A stretch of 64,000 nt of DNA from Dendrobates tinctorius (lineage: Eukaryota), in assembly GCF_039654945.1 (NCBI RefSeq), contig NW_027361697.1, forward strand, positions 53,692,001 through 53,756,000, in the 5' to 3' direction. Positions 24,281-36,789 of the stretch are shown here, one piece after another. Position 1 is the first letter of the stretch; each line of letters opens with the position of its first letter. A program made the position numbers and the translations under genes. The notes under the pieces are model-generated. The model made no database searches. It saw only the letters and a program-made list of their open reading frames with translations, and had not been told where the DNA came from.

Positions 24281-27200
24281 TTATTCTGGAAGAGGACTGG
24301 CAAATTCAGGTGAGATCCAGGCCTTGTTCATTTTCACAAAAGTAAGCCGGTCAACATTATCGGCGGATAGTCGCGTGCGACGGTCTGTTACCACACCACC
24401 TGCAGCACTAAAGACACGTTCCGATAATACACTGGCAGCAGGGCAAGCCAGCACCTCCAATGCATACTGGCTAAGCTCTGGCCATGTATCCAGCTTAGAG
24501 ACCCAATACTTGAACGGGGAAGAGCCGTCTGGGAGTACACTAACAGGGCAAGACAAGTAGTCTGTCACAATCTGACGGAAACGTTGCCTCCTGCTGACTG
24601 GAGCCGTCTGTGATGGTGTAGCTGTTTTGTGGCGGTCCCACAAAACTTTTCCACATTTGGGCCATACTGGCTTTGCCTTGTCCTGCGGCACTGCCTCTGC
24701 TACCTCTTTGTGCAGAGCTTCCTCCACTGCCTCTACCCACATGGCTGCTTTGAAAAGCACTACCGGCAACACTTGCGGGGGGAATGGAGAACATGATGGC
24801 CTGCACAAGTGTTTCTTGGTACTCCCGCATTTTTCGCTCCCGGTTCAACTGTGGTATGAGGCTTTGTAAGTTGTCCCGGTAGTGAGGATCTAGGAGGACA
24901 ATAATCAGCCGTGTGGAGAATGTTGGCGATGCGGCGGTCATTTAACAAGCACTGCAGCATGAAATCAACCATGTGCTGCAGACTGCCAACTGGACCGGAA
25001 ACGCTGTCCCCAGCTTGAGGCAGCATCTCAGCCTGCTCAGCATCACCCCACCCTCGCTGTACATACTGACTACTAGAGCCTTGTGTACCTCCCTCCTCTG
25101 GAGAGATGTGTTCCTCCTCCTCCATTGACTCCTCGTCATCCTCCTCACTAAGTGTCCCCTGCCTGGGCCTTTTTGTGGAAGCACGTTGCGCAGACTTGCC
25201 AGAAGCAGATGGCATTTCTGACTCCTCATCCTCGACCTCTTCAAAAACCTCCTCACTTAGTGCTTGTAAGGATTTTGAAGCAGACAGATGAGGGGGACAG
25301 TCATGCTGATTAGTGCATCATCTGCACTGGCCATCCGCATGGAGTCATCGAAGGCACGCAAAACTTGGCAGATGCCCCTCATACTGGCCCACTCAGTGGT
25401 GGTGAAGTGTGTCCGGCGCACAGTGCGACTTGTTTGCGCCTGATGCAGCTGGTACTCCATTACTGCTGCCTGCTGCTCACACAACCGCTCCAACATATGT
25501 AACATTGAATTCCACCTGGTGGGGAGGTCACATATGATGCGATGTTCTGGCAGGCGGAATCGGCGTTGCAGAGATGCAATGCGCGATCTTGCCATGCTGG
25601 AACGCCGCAAGTGAGCACACTCTAGGCGAACCTTGTGCAGCAGTGCATCAAGATCCGGATAGTCCCTCAGAAAGCTCTGCACGACCAAATTGAGCACGTG
25701 TGCCAGACATGGTATGTGAGTGAGGTTGCCTAGGCCCAGAGCTGCCACTAGATTTCGGCCATTGTCACTCACTACCAAACCTGGCTGGAGATTCGCTGGC
25801 ACAAACCACACATCGCTCTCCTGCTTGATGGCATTCCAGAGCTACTGTGCTGTGTGGCTCCGATTCCCCAAAGAAATTAATTTAAGGACGGCCTGTTGAC
25901 GTTTGGCCACACCTGTGCTCATATCTGGCCTAACAGGCTCATGCAGTGCTGATTCCGAGGAACTAGAGTAGGAGGAGGACTCAATATGTACAGACTGCAT
26001 TCCTGCAATCCTTGGAGTTGGCAGAATATGTACAGAGCCACTCTCCAGATCTGTACCCGGCTCCACAACATTGACCCAATGGGCAGTGAGGGAAAGGTAT
26101 CGTCCCTGTCCATGGCTACTGGTCCACGCATCGGTGGTCAGGTGGACCTTGCTACTGATGGCGTTTGGTAGCGCATTTTTAATTTTTCCCTCCACATGCT
26201 TTTGCAGGGCAGGGACGGCTTGCCTGCTGAAATAAAAGCGGCTGGGCACATTGATATGTGTAACTGCCAATGACATCAAGTTCCGGAAGGTGTCAGTCTC
26301 CACCAGCCTGAATGACAGCATCTCAAGGGCCAGTAGTTTGGCAATGCCGACATTCAGAGCCAGTGTTCGGGGATGGTTTGCCGAGTATGGCCGCTTTTTC
26401 TCCCATGCCTGTCTACCGATTGCTGGTGAGTGGCCTGGGAGTGTGCTGATGACTGAGAACATGGTTCAGTGGGTGGAATTTCACTGGGTCTCTGGACAAC
26501 AGTGGCAGTGGTTCTTCCATGGCATTCCAGTGAGGAAGCCGAACCAGCTGTGTGTGAGCTGGAGGAAGAGGCCCCAACACGAGCTGAAGAGGTGGTAGGT
26601 GCTGCTGAAGGTTGGCCTACATCTTCAGTGTGTCTGTGTAACTCCACCTCGTGCTTGGTACGCACATGTTTCCACATATTTGTGGTATTGAGGTTGCTCA
26701 CATTTTTCCCTCGTTTCACTTTCTGATGACACAGCTTGCATTTGACAAAGCAAATGTCATCTGCAACTGTGTCAAAAAAAGACCACGCACTGCAAGTCCT
26801 GGGAGCGCCCGTTTTGTGTTTTGGAAGAGGATTGCTCCTCACGGGTGCCAAAGTGGAGGCTACAGGCAACCAAGTCTGCCCCCACCCTCTCCCTCCTCTT
26901 TTGGCCGTTCGGGGAATCTCTTCCTCAGAGCTGCTCCCACCACCTTCCTGTGGCTGACGCCATGATGGGTCAAGGACCTCATCATCTCCACTCCCCTCTT
27001 CAAGCACCGGCTGGTCCTGGGTTGTCTCGCCAGCACCGTACGCACCAGAAATTGGCAACTGAGTCTCATCATCATCAGATGAGCACTGAGGTGTGCTGAC
27101 AATAGGCACTGGCCCACCCGCCTCTTCAGATTCAGAGGGACAAAGCAGTTGCGCATCACTGCATACTCCCTCTTCTTCACGCTCTAGAATGCTGCTTGGC

Positions 27201-27610
27201 TGGCCACCTCTTTCCAAGCCAACAGATTCTGAGAACAGAAGTAAAGATTGAGATGGCTCCTGTCCAGGGCTCTCAGACTGCCTGGGCAATTTGGCAGGTG
27301 GTGAAGAGACAGATGGTTGCTCTCCAGTGCTCTGGCCTTGGGAGGATGCGGAAGTCATTGAAGTGGATGCATTAGCTGCCATCCATCCGACAACGGCTTC
27401 AATTTGTTCACCACGCAGCAGTGGGGTACGGCGAGGTCCTACAAAGCTGCTCATGAAGGACTTTTGCCTGGTAAAAGTGGGGGATGCCGGGTCACTGGTG
27501 GCCGCAGCAGACACCGAATCCCCAGGTCCTCTCCCTGCTGAATCCCCCCATCCTCTCCCTGCTGAAACTCCACGGCCACGACCACGTGCCTTACTCCCTG
27601 CCTTCTTCAT
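24281..27610 (-). pseudogene. hAT transposase (BED finger, DDE, dimerisation domain) with several frameshifts and stops
   Basis: ATG at 27610 (MKKAGSKARGRGRG). BED finger AWSFF..CKLC..MWKHVRTKH. LTTDAWTS, VVSDNGRNL, CLAHVLNLVV, TRWNS and ASVLSERVFSAAG are spread over several broken ORFs. Confidence 0.92.
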
Positions 27611-28534
27611 CTTGGTAGACTGATAAAGATAGGCAGAAAAGTAAAAAAGGGGTGGCTTAGTGTTCTTATTCCTGAACACCTGCTAACCAGTATAAGAAAC
27701 ACTAATTTGGCTAAGAGTGTGTGTACTACACTTTAATATGATCTAATGTGGCCTACACAACTGTAAAGTGGAGTGTTTGGTGAACGTTATTTCCTTTTTT
27801 TTGGGGGGGGGGGAGAAAAGGATGTGACCAAAGTTTGAAAGCTATAGTATCACAAACTTTTTGGAGCGATTACAATGCAGGAAGCTAACCTACAATGCAA
27901 TTGATGAGGCTCCAAAAAATAGGGTGATGCTAGTCTGGATGGCCCTGAAGGGCACAAGCCAGCAAAAAGGCTCCTCTATCTAATCCTATATAGTGTTTGC
28001 AACCAACCAATGACAATGGATGCGGATGGAAGCACACTAATATAGGAACAAAAATCTGGATAAATTAGCTGCAAAAAAAGGACTATGTATGAGGCAGTGA
28101 CGCACGCTGAGCGGACTACAGCTAGCGGTGGCTGTAGAACACACTGCAACGTGAGGTGCACTCACACACAGAGATACCTATCAGACAGCCAAAAACAGTG
28201 CAGAGAAATGGGCTATAGCACTGAAAGGCTGCTGAAAGGCTCCGCTGTCCACTCCTTTAGTGTTTGCAACCAACGTATATGGATACGTATTGAAGCACAC
28301 TATACAGGAGAAAAAATAGGCAGCAATAAAAGAAAAATGTGAATGAGGCAGAGACACACGCTGGGCGGCCTACAAGCAGATGTGCCTACAAAAATGCTAC
28401 AGTGGTGGATTATGTAGCCTGGGTAGAGCAATAGATATGTTTGATGATCGCTATTTCTAACTGTCCCTCACAGTCTTCAACAGCAGCCTGTCCCTCACTG
28501 AATTCACAGCAGAGTGATCAGAAATGGCGGCTGC

Positions 28535-28675
28535 AGCGGTTTTTATAGTGCATCATGACATCATTTCAGCAGCCAATCACAGCCATGCCAGTAGTTAACA
28601 TGCCTACATGCCTAACAGGATGTGCCCACACTTCTGAGGATCCCCATTGGCTGAATCAAATCGGGCGGGCTCCTA
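28535..28675 (-). promoter_or_regulatory. Putative hAT promoter
   Basis: Minus-strand CTATAAAAA at ~28540-28548. CCAAT/ATTGG motifs at ~28573 and ~28646. GGGCGG at ~28663. Confidence 0.45.
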
Positions 28676-29645
28676 GCATTATGGGAACTTCCGATTCCGG
28701 TATTCGATATGAAAAAAGTATCGGAACTAAGTATCGGAATTCCGATAGAGCGAATATCGGCCGATACCCGATACTTGCGGTATCGGAATGCTCAACACTA
28801 GTTGCAACTAATTCCATACAGCAGCACTGGAAACTTAGCGCTGAACCAGAGGATGCTCATGATAAGTGCAGTTTATATTTGTATAACAAACTGTGCTCTT
28901 GAATAAAAAACTGCCACTCAATGTTTTTTCTTCACAAAATATGACCCCACACGGTCTCTCTTAAGTTGCATTTCATCCCTCTTTTGCATCTTGTCCCCCA
29001 CAATACTACTTCCCCAAAATATAACTCTCCCCCGACTATTGTAACAGTCTTCTTTGTTTTTTATTCCTATGGACCATTTACCTTATTACTGCCTTCAACA
29101 CATCTGGGGCACCCCTGTGATATCAGCAATGTGATGAGGTGACTGTATCACACCACTGCATGTTGATTATATATACTTCCGAAGGCTGGGACAGTGACGC
29201 CAAAGTTGAATGGGCACAGGGTTCACGTGTTATAACAGACACATGTTAGCCCCGGGAACGTGAGTGGGGAAATCGGTTGAATGTCACAAGCACGGGAGGT
29301 GAGTGTAGGTGATTTTATTTTAACTGATCCAAACATCAGGAATGAGAAGGTGTTGTCCTAGTAGTAGCCATTTTAATTTCAGATAACCTGCTTTCTATCT
29401 CTTCCTAAATTTATTTGAGTCTAATTAGGCACATAAAGATGTGAGTTAATAAAGATGGACTCCAACAAATGATATCATCTTGTTATTAGTGGATGACGTA
29501 TGCACTTTTTGTTTAAAAAATGTCAACTAAGTACAACTTGTTAATATGTTACATGATTAGTATGGTTAAAAAAACAGACAAACGTCCATCAATTGGGAAA
29601 AGGATGTATTAGGTACCTCTATAATGCTTTATCCCATCTGAACTA

Positions 29646-30005
29646 AAAAGGTTGTCCACTAATTTAGCATTGATTGGTCGGGGTCCAACACTCAGCACTC
29701 CTGCTGATCAGCTGTCATTGGTGTCGGTGGCCGCCTCCAGCTGAAAGTGCTCACTTGCAAAGCTGGCCGTCTTGTGATAGTGACCAAGGCAGAGTACTGA
29801 AAATCAATAGGAGGCTTACGTGCAGTATCATGTGATGGCCACTATCAGATGATGGCCATCTCCGCAAGTGAGTACTTTTGGCCAGTGGCTGCCACTGTCA
29901 CCAGTAACAGCTGGTCAGTGGAGGTGCCAGACCCCGACCAATCAGATATTGATGACCTATCCAATGGATAGGTCATCAATGTAAAATAGTGGACAATCTC
30001 TTTAA
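29646..30005. mobile_element. T2/Kolobok-type MITE (degenerate)
   Basis: AAAGGTTGTCCACT...AGTGGACAATCTCTTTAA termini and internal inverted symmetry. Confidence 0.6.
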
Positions 30006-30029
30006 CAGCACTTTTTCCCTCCTTACTAA

Positions 30030-30504
30030 GGCTAATTTCACATTAGCGTTTTTTTGCGCAGCGCATAGTGCGCAATAGAAATGCATGCAAAAAACGCATC
30101 ATGCATTTTTTCATGCGTTTGCTTTTTTTGCACATTCGTTCTCTAGGGGTTAAACCAGTGTCTACACATTTTTATACCAAAAACGCACGCGCACGAAAAT
30201 GCAGATGAACGCATGTCTATGTGCACGCCTGTGTTCTCATAAACTGTAATGCGTTATTTTGTCGCATTCCATGCGCAAGCGTGCGCATGCATTTTTTACA
30301 CCTTTCGGCGGACCCAAAAATGCAACAGGTTGCGTCTGGCGCGCCTAGGCGCACACCTTGAAAAAACGCATGCGCATGAAAATGGATGCGAACGCGCGCA
30401 AACGCAAGACCATGCACACCCCATGTTAAACATAGGTACGCATGACGCATGCGCATGGACGCGCACAATGCGCTGCCCAAAAAAACGCTAATGTGAAACC
30501 AGCC
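30030..30504. mobile_element. Harbinger-type MITE
   Basis: GGCTAATTTCACATTAGCG...CGCTAATGTGAAACCAGCC. TAA at 30027-30029 and 30505-30507. Confidence 0.85.
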
Positions 30505-30853
30505 TAAGGCTACTTTCACACATCAGGTTTTCGGCGTCAGGCGCGATCCGGCGTTGTGCCGGAATGCTGGATCCGGCAAATGTTTTGTAAAACCTGAAGT
30601 GCCGGATCCGGTTTTCTGCCGGATCCGTCTTGTTCTTGACAGACAAAACCGGATCCGTCTCATCGGGTTCATCCGTTTTTCTATCCGTTTTTCGACGGAT
30701 TACGCCGGATCCGGTTTTTAAAATTGACCCTTGTGGCCTTCCGAACGGGATTGGCTACTGGAAAACTAGATATAGCGTGTTCCTACAGCCCTTCTTTGAC
30801 AGGTTGTAGAGAAGAAAGTGCAGGTTGGAGAGAAGAGCAAGTTACTGGCGAAG

Positions 30854-30967
30854 ATGGATGTTGTCATTGGAAATATTACCACTAGAAGTTCTGTGACGGT
30901 TTCAGGGACAATTTTCAATAATACTTTGTCACCTCAAGGCAGAGTACACTGGGATGACAGAGTGTGA
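30854..30967 (+). pseudogene. Internally deleted Harbinger transposase remnant (37 aa)
   Basis: MDVVIGNITTRSSVT...SPQGRVHWDDRV*. A shifted frame reads RDNFQ*YF. Together these resemble the Harbinger transposase C-terminus (RD.F..YF.S..G.V.W). Confidence 0.6.
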
Positions 30968-31464
30968 GAGATTTTTGCCCTAAACTTGTGTACCTTCTGG
31001 ACCAACAGTATATACCTTTGCCAACCAAAGTTGGCTATCTTGTCATGGTCTTACTATTTTTACCTTTAGGCCACAGGTGTGTACCTGGTTGTGTTTTATG
31101 CAAAGTATTTCACCTTTTAACAAAAGTTGTGTACATTGGTAGGAAATCACCAACAATAAACACAACTTTTTAGGTGAAATACTTTGCTTCAAACACAACC
31201 AGGAACACAACTGTGGCAAAAAGCTAAAATTTACCCACAGTTATACCTGGTTTTGAATACCTTTTTACCTTTGAAATACCCTGTATTTAACCTTTTTTTA
31301 AAACATAGTTCGCCGCAGAAAGAAATGACAGACAACCATTGTGAAACGATAATTTAACTTTTATTTAAATTTTTTTTTTTTTGTAAAATGTTTTTAAAGT
31401 GCAAAAAACTTTTTTAATAAAGGTTTTAAACCCAATGGGCATTTTTATTACAAAAAACACACAT

Positions 31465-34002
31465 TTACAATTCTGTGTACTGTGGGGTGGAAATACTGCT
31501 GGAGGGGCTGCGGGACACTTCGACACTGGGTGTGTGGAGAGAGGACTGGGATCGTGGTGGGGAAGGAACAGTTAGAGGTGAAGGTGTGGAAAAAACTACA
31601 GAATGGGTGGACATGTGGGAAGCAGAAGAGGTGGTGGGTGGTGGAGTGGAGGGTTGGGCAGGGACTGTAGGAGCAGATGATGTTGATGGAAAGTTGTATG
31701 GGGAAGGAGTTTGGTATGGGGAAGGAGTTTGGTACGGGGAAGGAGTTTGGTACGGGGCAGGTTGCTGGAAGTGGGGAGATGACTGGTACTGGGGAGGTTG
31801 CTCGTACTGGGGAGGTTGCTGGTACTGGGCAGGTTGCTGGTATGTAGTAGGAGGGGGAGGATGAAAAGTGGCTGGAGGGGGTGCAGATGTAATAGGAGGG
31901 GGAGGATGGAAAGTGGCTGGAGGGGGTGCAGGTGGAGGAACTACAGTGGTGGGAGGTGGAGGTTGGGAGGTAACCTGCTGTAGAGCACCGTGGCACGAAT
32001 GCATTACATGCATCTGCTGGGTAGGAGATAGTGTTTCCATGCGCTCCACAACAGACCTGAAAAAGGTGTGGTTTGGCGAAGATCTTGCTTCTGAATACAT
32101 GGTTTGCAGAAGTGTCTTCACCTCCAGAATGCTGGAGTTGATCTGCTGAAAGCCTGCGGAGATTTGCTCTGACAAGACTTTGAGACAGTTCTGGAAAGAT
32201 GCATTCAGATGCAATAACTCTTGCGCATAACTCTTTTCCTGACCCCTCTGCCGCTGCCGCCCAGTACCCGCAGGTGTACTAGAGGCGGCAGGGGCAGAAG
32301 GGTGGGGTAAAGGGAAAGCGATCTCCTCACCAGCAGCTTCATGTAATGTAGGCGGCCACGATGCTCCTGTGCTGGTGGATGGGACAGATGGGTCGAATGT
32401 GTGGGAAGGCAGGGAAGGTGCAGATGTACCGGGGCGGTCGAAGTGTCCCTCGGTGCCGGTCTCCTCAGGGATCGCCTCAGAAGGGTCCAATCGTGCAGGC
32501 TCCCGAGTGCTGCTCACCGTGCTGTGGAATAAAGAGAAAAAAAAACAATTAAAATACTGACATGGTATGGCCCTGGCTGAAAAAAAAAAGTTACATCTAA
32601 CATTTTTTTCACATGTGGTGTGTAATATTTACCTTCTGGTGAGCATTGTTTCCCGGAGGAACGACAGGGCTTGTGCGTACTTGTACTTGCTCCTGCGTCC
32701 TCCAGATCCACTCGGGGCCCGCATCTCTTTATTGAACTCCTTCTTGAAACGATCCCTCACAGACCGCCACCGATTCACAATTCTGTTCCCTGAAACGAGA
32801 AAGGAGTGGTTAGTATACAACATCAGTGTTTCACAAACTCCAGTCCTCATGGTCCCCAGGGGTCATGTTTTCAGGATTTCAATAGTAAATAGAAATCCTG
32901 AACACATGATCCGTGGGGACCACGAGGACTGGAGTTCGGGAAACACTGGTTTACATCAAGCAACCTGTATATACTTACGCTCTTTAATCTGGGCCCGAGC
33001 TTCGAGGTCCTCCCAGCGGCCCACAAGGAGAGAACAGATTTCCTCCCAGAGTCGTCGGGTAATGATCAGGTCAGCGTGGCGGCGGTCAGCCATATTCCAG
33101 AGCGGCTCCCTTTCTCTGACGAGATCGATGAGGCGGTCCACATCAATCCCTCCATCCTCACCGTCAGAGTCGGGAGCACGCTGTGAAGGCTGTTAAAGAA
33201 AAAGACAAAAATAACATAATTAGCCTCCACAAAAGAAATGAAATAAAAAGTGCAAAAAAACAAAGCAAAAATATTTATACTTACACGCTGGTGACCGCCG
33301 CGTTGCTGTCGCCGACGACCTTGGGAGGCACTGCGAGGACCTCTTGGCCGAGCACCAGATTGGGAAGACTAGAGAAGAAAACAAAAAATGTTATGTGTTT
33401 GGATGTAGGCATTTGTTTGCTGTGTGTGGTCTGCAGAACATTGTTTTCTATGTGTTGTGTGTAGTGTGATGTTGTGTTTCTGCGTTTGATGCAAAAAACT
33501 TACGAATTGTGAGCCCACTCCAAGCGTCTGTCCACCCCTTCCTTCTTCTTCTGGGAGCTCCTCTTCATCTTGTGATTCCTGTTTTGAAATAAAAGGCAAT
33601 GAATAGACATATATTACAGAGATGATGGATTTTGGAAATAAAAACTTACCGTCAAACGCTGACGATGCGAGGGAGGGCTCCCAGAAGAAGATGTGCTGTC
33701 CTGTTGATGGCCAGACTCCATGGCTGTGGGTATTGCTGCTGCCAGTGATGCCATTTCTGCTGCTGCTGCTGCTGCATCTCTTTGGCGGCTGTTGAATAAA
33801 GAGAAACAAAGGGCCAATGAATATCTTGATATTCCATGGCCCTAGTTTGGAGGAATGGGGGATTTGATAATTACCGTCTCTCATCTGCTTCTGGACTCCC
33901 CTCCCGTTCAGCATGCTGCTCCATTTGGGGTGGTGCTGATGGTGCTGCTGCTGCAGATGTCTGCTGCCTTCTCCTGCTCCTGGTTCTTGGCTTGGGTGGC
34001 AT
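31465..34002 (-). CDS. Spliced MADF (Myb/SANT-like) DNA-binding protein of Harbinger, 7 exons, 616 aa, with a BESS-like segment and Pro/Tyr/Gln-rich tail
   Basis: Exons 34002-33875, 33788-33650, 33578-33504, 33368-33285, 33189-32979, 32789-32633, 32521-31465. All six introns are GT..AG with compatible phases, giving 1851 nt without an internal stop. MADF motif LIDLVREREPLW..W..I..RWRSVRDRFKKE..YKYAQALSFL. TATA at ~34035-34043 and AATAAA at ~31444-31449. Confidence 0.85.
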
Positions 34003-34999
34003 GTTGGGTGTGGCTGAGGGTCCCATTGTCTTGCTTTTATATATCTCCTGTGGGCAGAGCTACTGAGCATGCTCAGACCAAAAAAACCGGATCCGGCCAC
34101 CGGATCCGGCTTTCGCCGGATCCGGCGCATTGCGGCGCTCATAGGCTTTCATTGTGTGAAAAAGCCGGACGCGCCGGATCCGGCGGGTACGGCTTTTTCG
34201 CCGGAGACAAAAAACGTTACAGTAGACGTTTTTTCCAGACGCCGGATCGCGACACATTGCGACACATTGCCGGATCCGGCGAAAACCGGATGAAACGCAT
34301 GGCCATCCGGCGCAATCCGGCGCAAATGCAAGTCAATGGGGGGGAAACCGGATCCGGCATTGCATTTCGCCGGATCCGGTTTCTGTCAAAAGCGCCGGAT
34401 CGCGCCTGACGGCGAAAACCTGATGTGTGAAAGAGGCCTAAGTGTTTCAATCAACTAGATCAAGATTGAGAACAAGAATTGTACACATGTACTTAAGTAT
34501 TTGTATTATTTTGTTATATTAACCCCTTAGCGACAGAGCCAGTTTGCAGCTTAATGACCAGGCCAATTTTTACAATTCTGACCACTGTCCCTTTATGAGG
34601 TTATAACTCTGGAACGCTTTAATGGATCCTGCTGATTCTGAGATTATTTTTTCGTGACATATTGTACTTCATGTTAGTGGTAAAATTTCTTCGATAAGTC
34701 TTGTGTTTATTTATGAAAAAAACAGAAATATGGCAAAAAATTTTAAAATTTTGCAATTTTAAAAATTTAAATTTTTATGCCCTTAAATCAGAGAGATGTG
34801 TCACATAAATTTCTTAATAAATAACATTTCCCACATGTCTACTTTACATCAGCACAATTTTGGATGCAAAATTTTTTTTTGTTAGGAAGTTATAAGGGTT
34901 AAAAGTTGACCAGCGATTTCTCATTTTTACAACAAAATTTACAAAGCCATTTTTTTTAGGGACCACATCATATTTAAAGTCATTTTGAGGGGTGTACAT

Positions 35000-36760
35000 G
35001 ACAGAAAATACCCAAAAGTGGCACCATTCTAAAAACTAGACCCCTCAAGGTGCTCAAAACCACATTCAAGAAGTTTATTAACCCTTTAAGTGCTTCACAG
35101 GAACGAAAGCAATGTGGATGGAAAAAATTAACATTTAACTTTTTTTTGGAAAAAAATTACTTCAGAACCAATTTTTTTTATTTTCACAAGTGTTAAAAGA
35201 GAAAATCAACCACAAAATTTGTTGTACAATTTCTCCTGAATACGCTGATACCCCATATGTGGGGGTAAACCCCTTTTTCAGCACAAGGCAGAGCTCGCAA
35301 GGGATGGAGCACCATTTGACTTTTTCAACGCAGAATTGGCTGGAATTAAGATCGGATGCCATGTTGCGTTCGGAGAGCCCTTAATGTGCCTAAACAGTGG
35401 AAAACTCCAACAAGTGACCCCATTTTGGAAACTAGACCCATTAAGGAACTTATCTAGATGTGTGGTGAGCACTTTGAACCTTCAAGTTCTTCACAGAAGT
35501 TTATAACGTAGAGCCGTGAAAATAAGAAATCCATTTTTTTTCCACAAAAATGATCTTTTCGCCCCCAAATTTTTATTTTTACAAGGGTAACAGGAGAAAT
35601 CATACCCCCACAGTTATTATGCAATTTGTCCTGAGTACGCTGATACCCCATATGTGGGGAGGAACCACTGTTTGGGTGCATGGGAGAGCTTGGAAGGGAA
35701 GGAGTGCCATTTTGGAATGCAGACTTTGATGGAATGGTCTGCGGGCATCATGTTGCGTTTGCAGAGCCCCTGATGGGCCTAAACAGTGGAAACCCCCAAC
35801 AAGTGACTCCATTTTGGAAACTAGACCCATGAAGGAGCTTATCTAGATGTGTGGTGAGCACTTTGAACCTTCAAGTGCTTCACAGAAGTTTATAACGTAG
35901 AGCCGTGAAAATAAGAAATCCATTTTTTTTTCCACAAAAATGATCTTTTCACCCCCAAATTTTTATTTTTACAAGGGTAACAGGAGAAATCATACCCCCA
36001 CAGTTATTATGCGATTTTTCCTGAGTACGCTGATACCCCATATGTGGGGAGGAACCACTGTTTGGGCGCATGGGAGAGCTCGGAAGGGAAGGAGTGCCAT
36101 TTTGGAATGCAGACTTTGATGGAATGGTCTGTGGGCATCATGTTGCGTTTGCAGAGCCCCTGATGGGCCTAAACAGTGGAAACACCCAACAAGTGACTCC
36201 ATTTTGGAAACTAGACCCATGAAGGAACTTATCTAGATGTGTGGTGAGCACTTTGAACCTTCAAGTGCTTCACAGAAGTTTATAACGTAGAGCCGTGAAA
36301 ATAAGAAATCCATTTTTTTTCCACAAAAATGATCTTTTCGCGCCCAAATTTTTATTTTTACAAGGGTAACAGGAGAAATCATACCCCCACAGTTATTATG
36401 CGATTTGTCCTGAGTACACTGATACCCCATATGTGGGGGGGAACTACTGTTTGGGCGCATGGGAGAGCTCGGAAGGGAAGGAGTGCCATTTTGGAATGCA
36501 GACTTTGATGGAATGGTCTGCGGGCATCATGTTGCGTTTGCAGAGCCCCTGATGGGCCTAAACAGTGGAAACCCCCCACAAGTGACCCCATTTTGGAAAT
36601 TAGACCCCCTAAGGAACTTATCTAGATGTGTGGTGAGCACTTTGAACCCCCAAGCGCATCACAGAAGTTTATAAACGCAGAGCCGTGAAAATAAAAAGTC
36701 TTTTTTATTTCCACAAAAGTGATTTTTTAGACCCCAATTTTTAGACCCCCAAAGTTGGTA
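35000..36760. repeat. 389-390 bp tandem repeat (~4 copies) inside the TTAA element
   Basis: The TATCTAGATG anchor recurs at 35451, 35840, 36230 and 36619. Confidence 0.9.
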
Positions 36761-36789
36761 AATAGTGGAAACCCCTCAATTCTTGCTCC

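Larger units (their letters stand above)
17079..28800 (-). mobile_element. Large hAT (Ac/ZBED-like) DNA transposon
   Basis: TIRs TAGTGTTGAGC and GCTCAACACTA. 8-bp TSD GTTGCAAC at 17071-17078 and 28801-28808. CCGATA-rich subtermini and an internal transposase. Confidence 0.95.
30508..34438. mobile_element. Harbinger/PIF element lacking transposase but retaining its MADF accessory gene
   Basis: ~45-bp TIRs GGC(TA/CT)CTTTCACACATCAGGTTTTCG(G/C)CGTCAGGCGCGATCCGGCG. TAA TSD. CCGGATCCGG subterminal repeats and a convergent gene layout. Confidence 0.92.

Noticed and set aside
24281-27679. Domesticated ZBED host gene
   Set aside because: The frame has several disruptions and is bounded by TIRs and an 8-bp TSD.
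33369-34409. 257-aa minus and 184-aa plus ORFs
   Set aside because: They cross introns and subterminal repeats. The spliced MADF model explains the region better.
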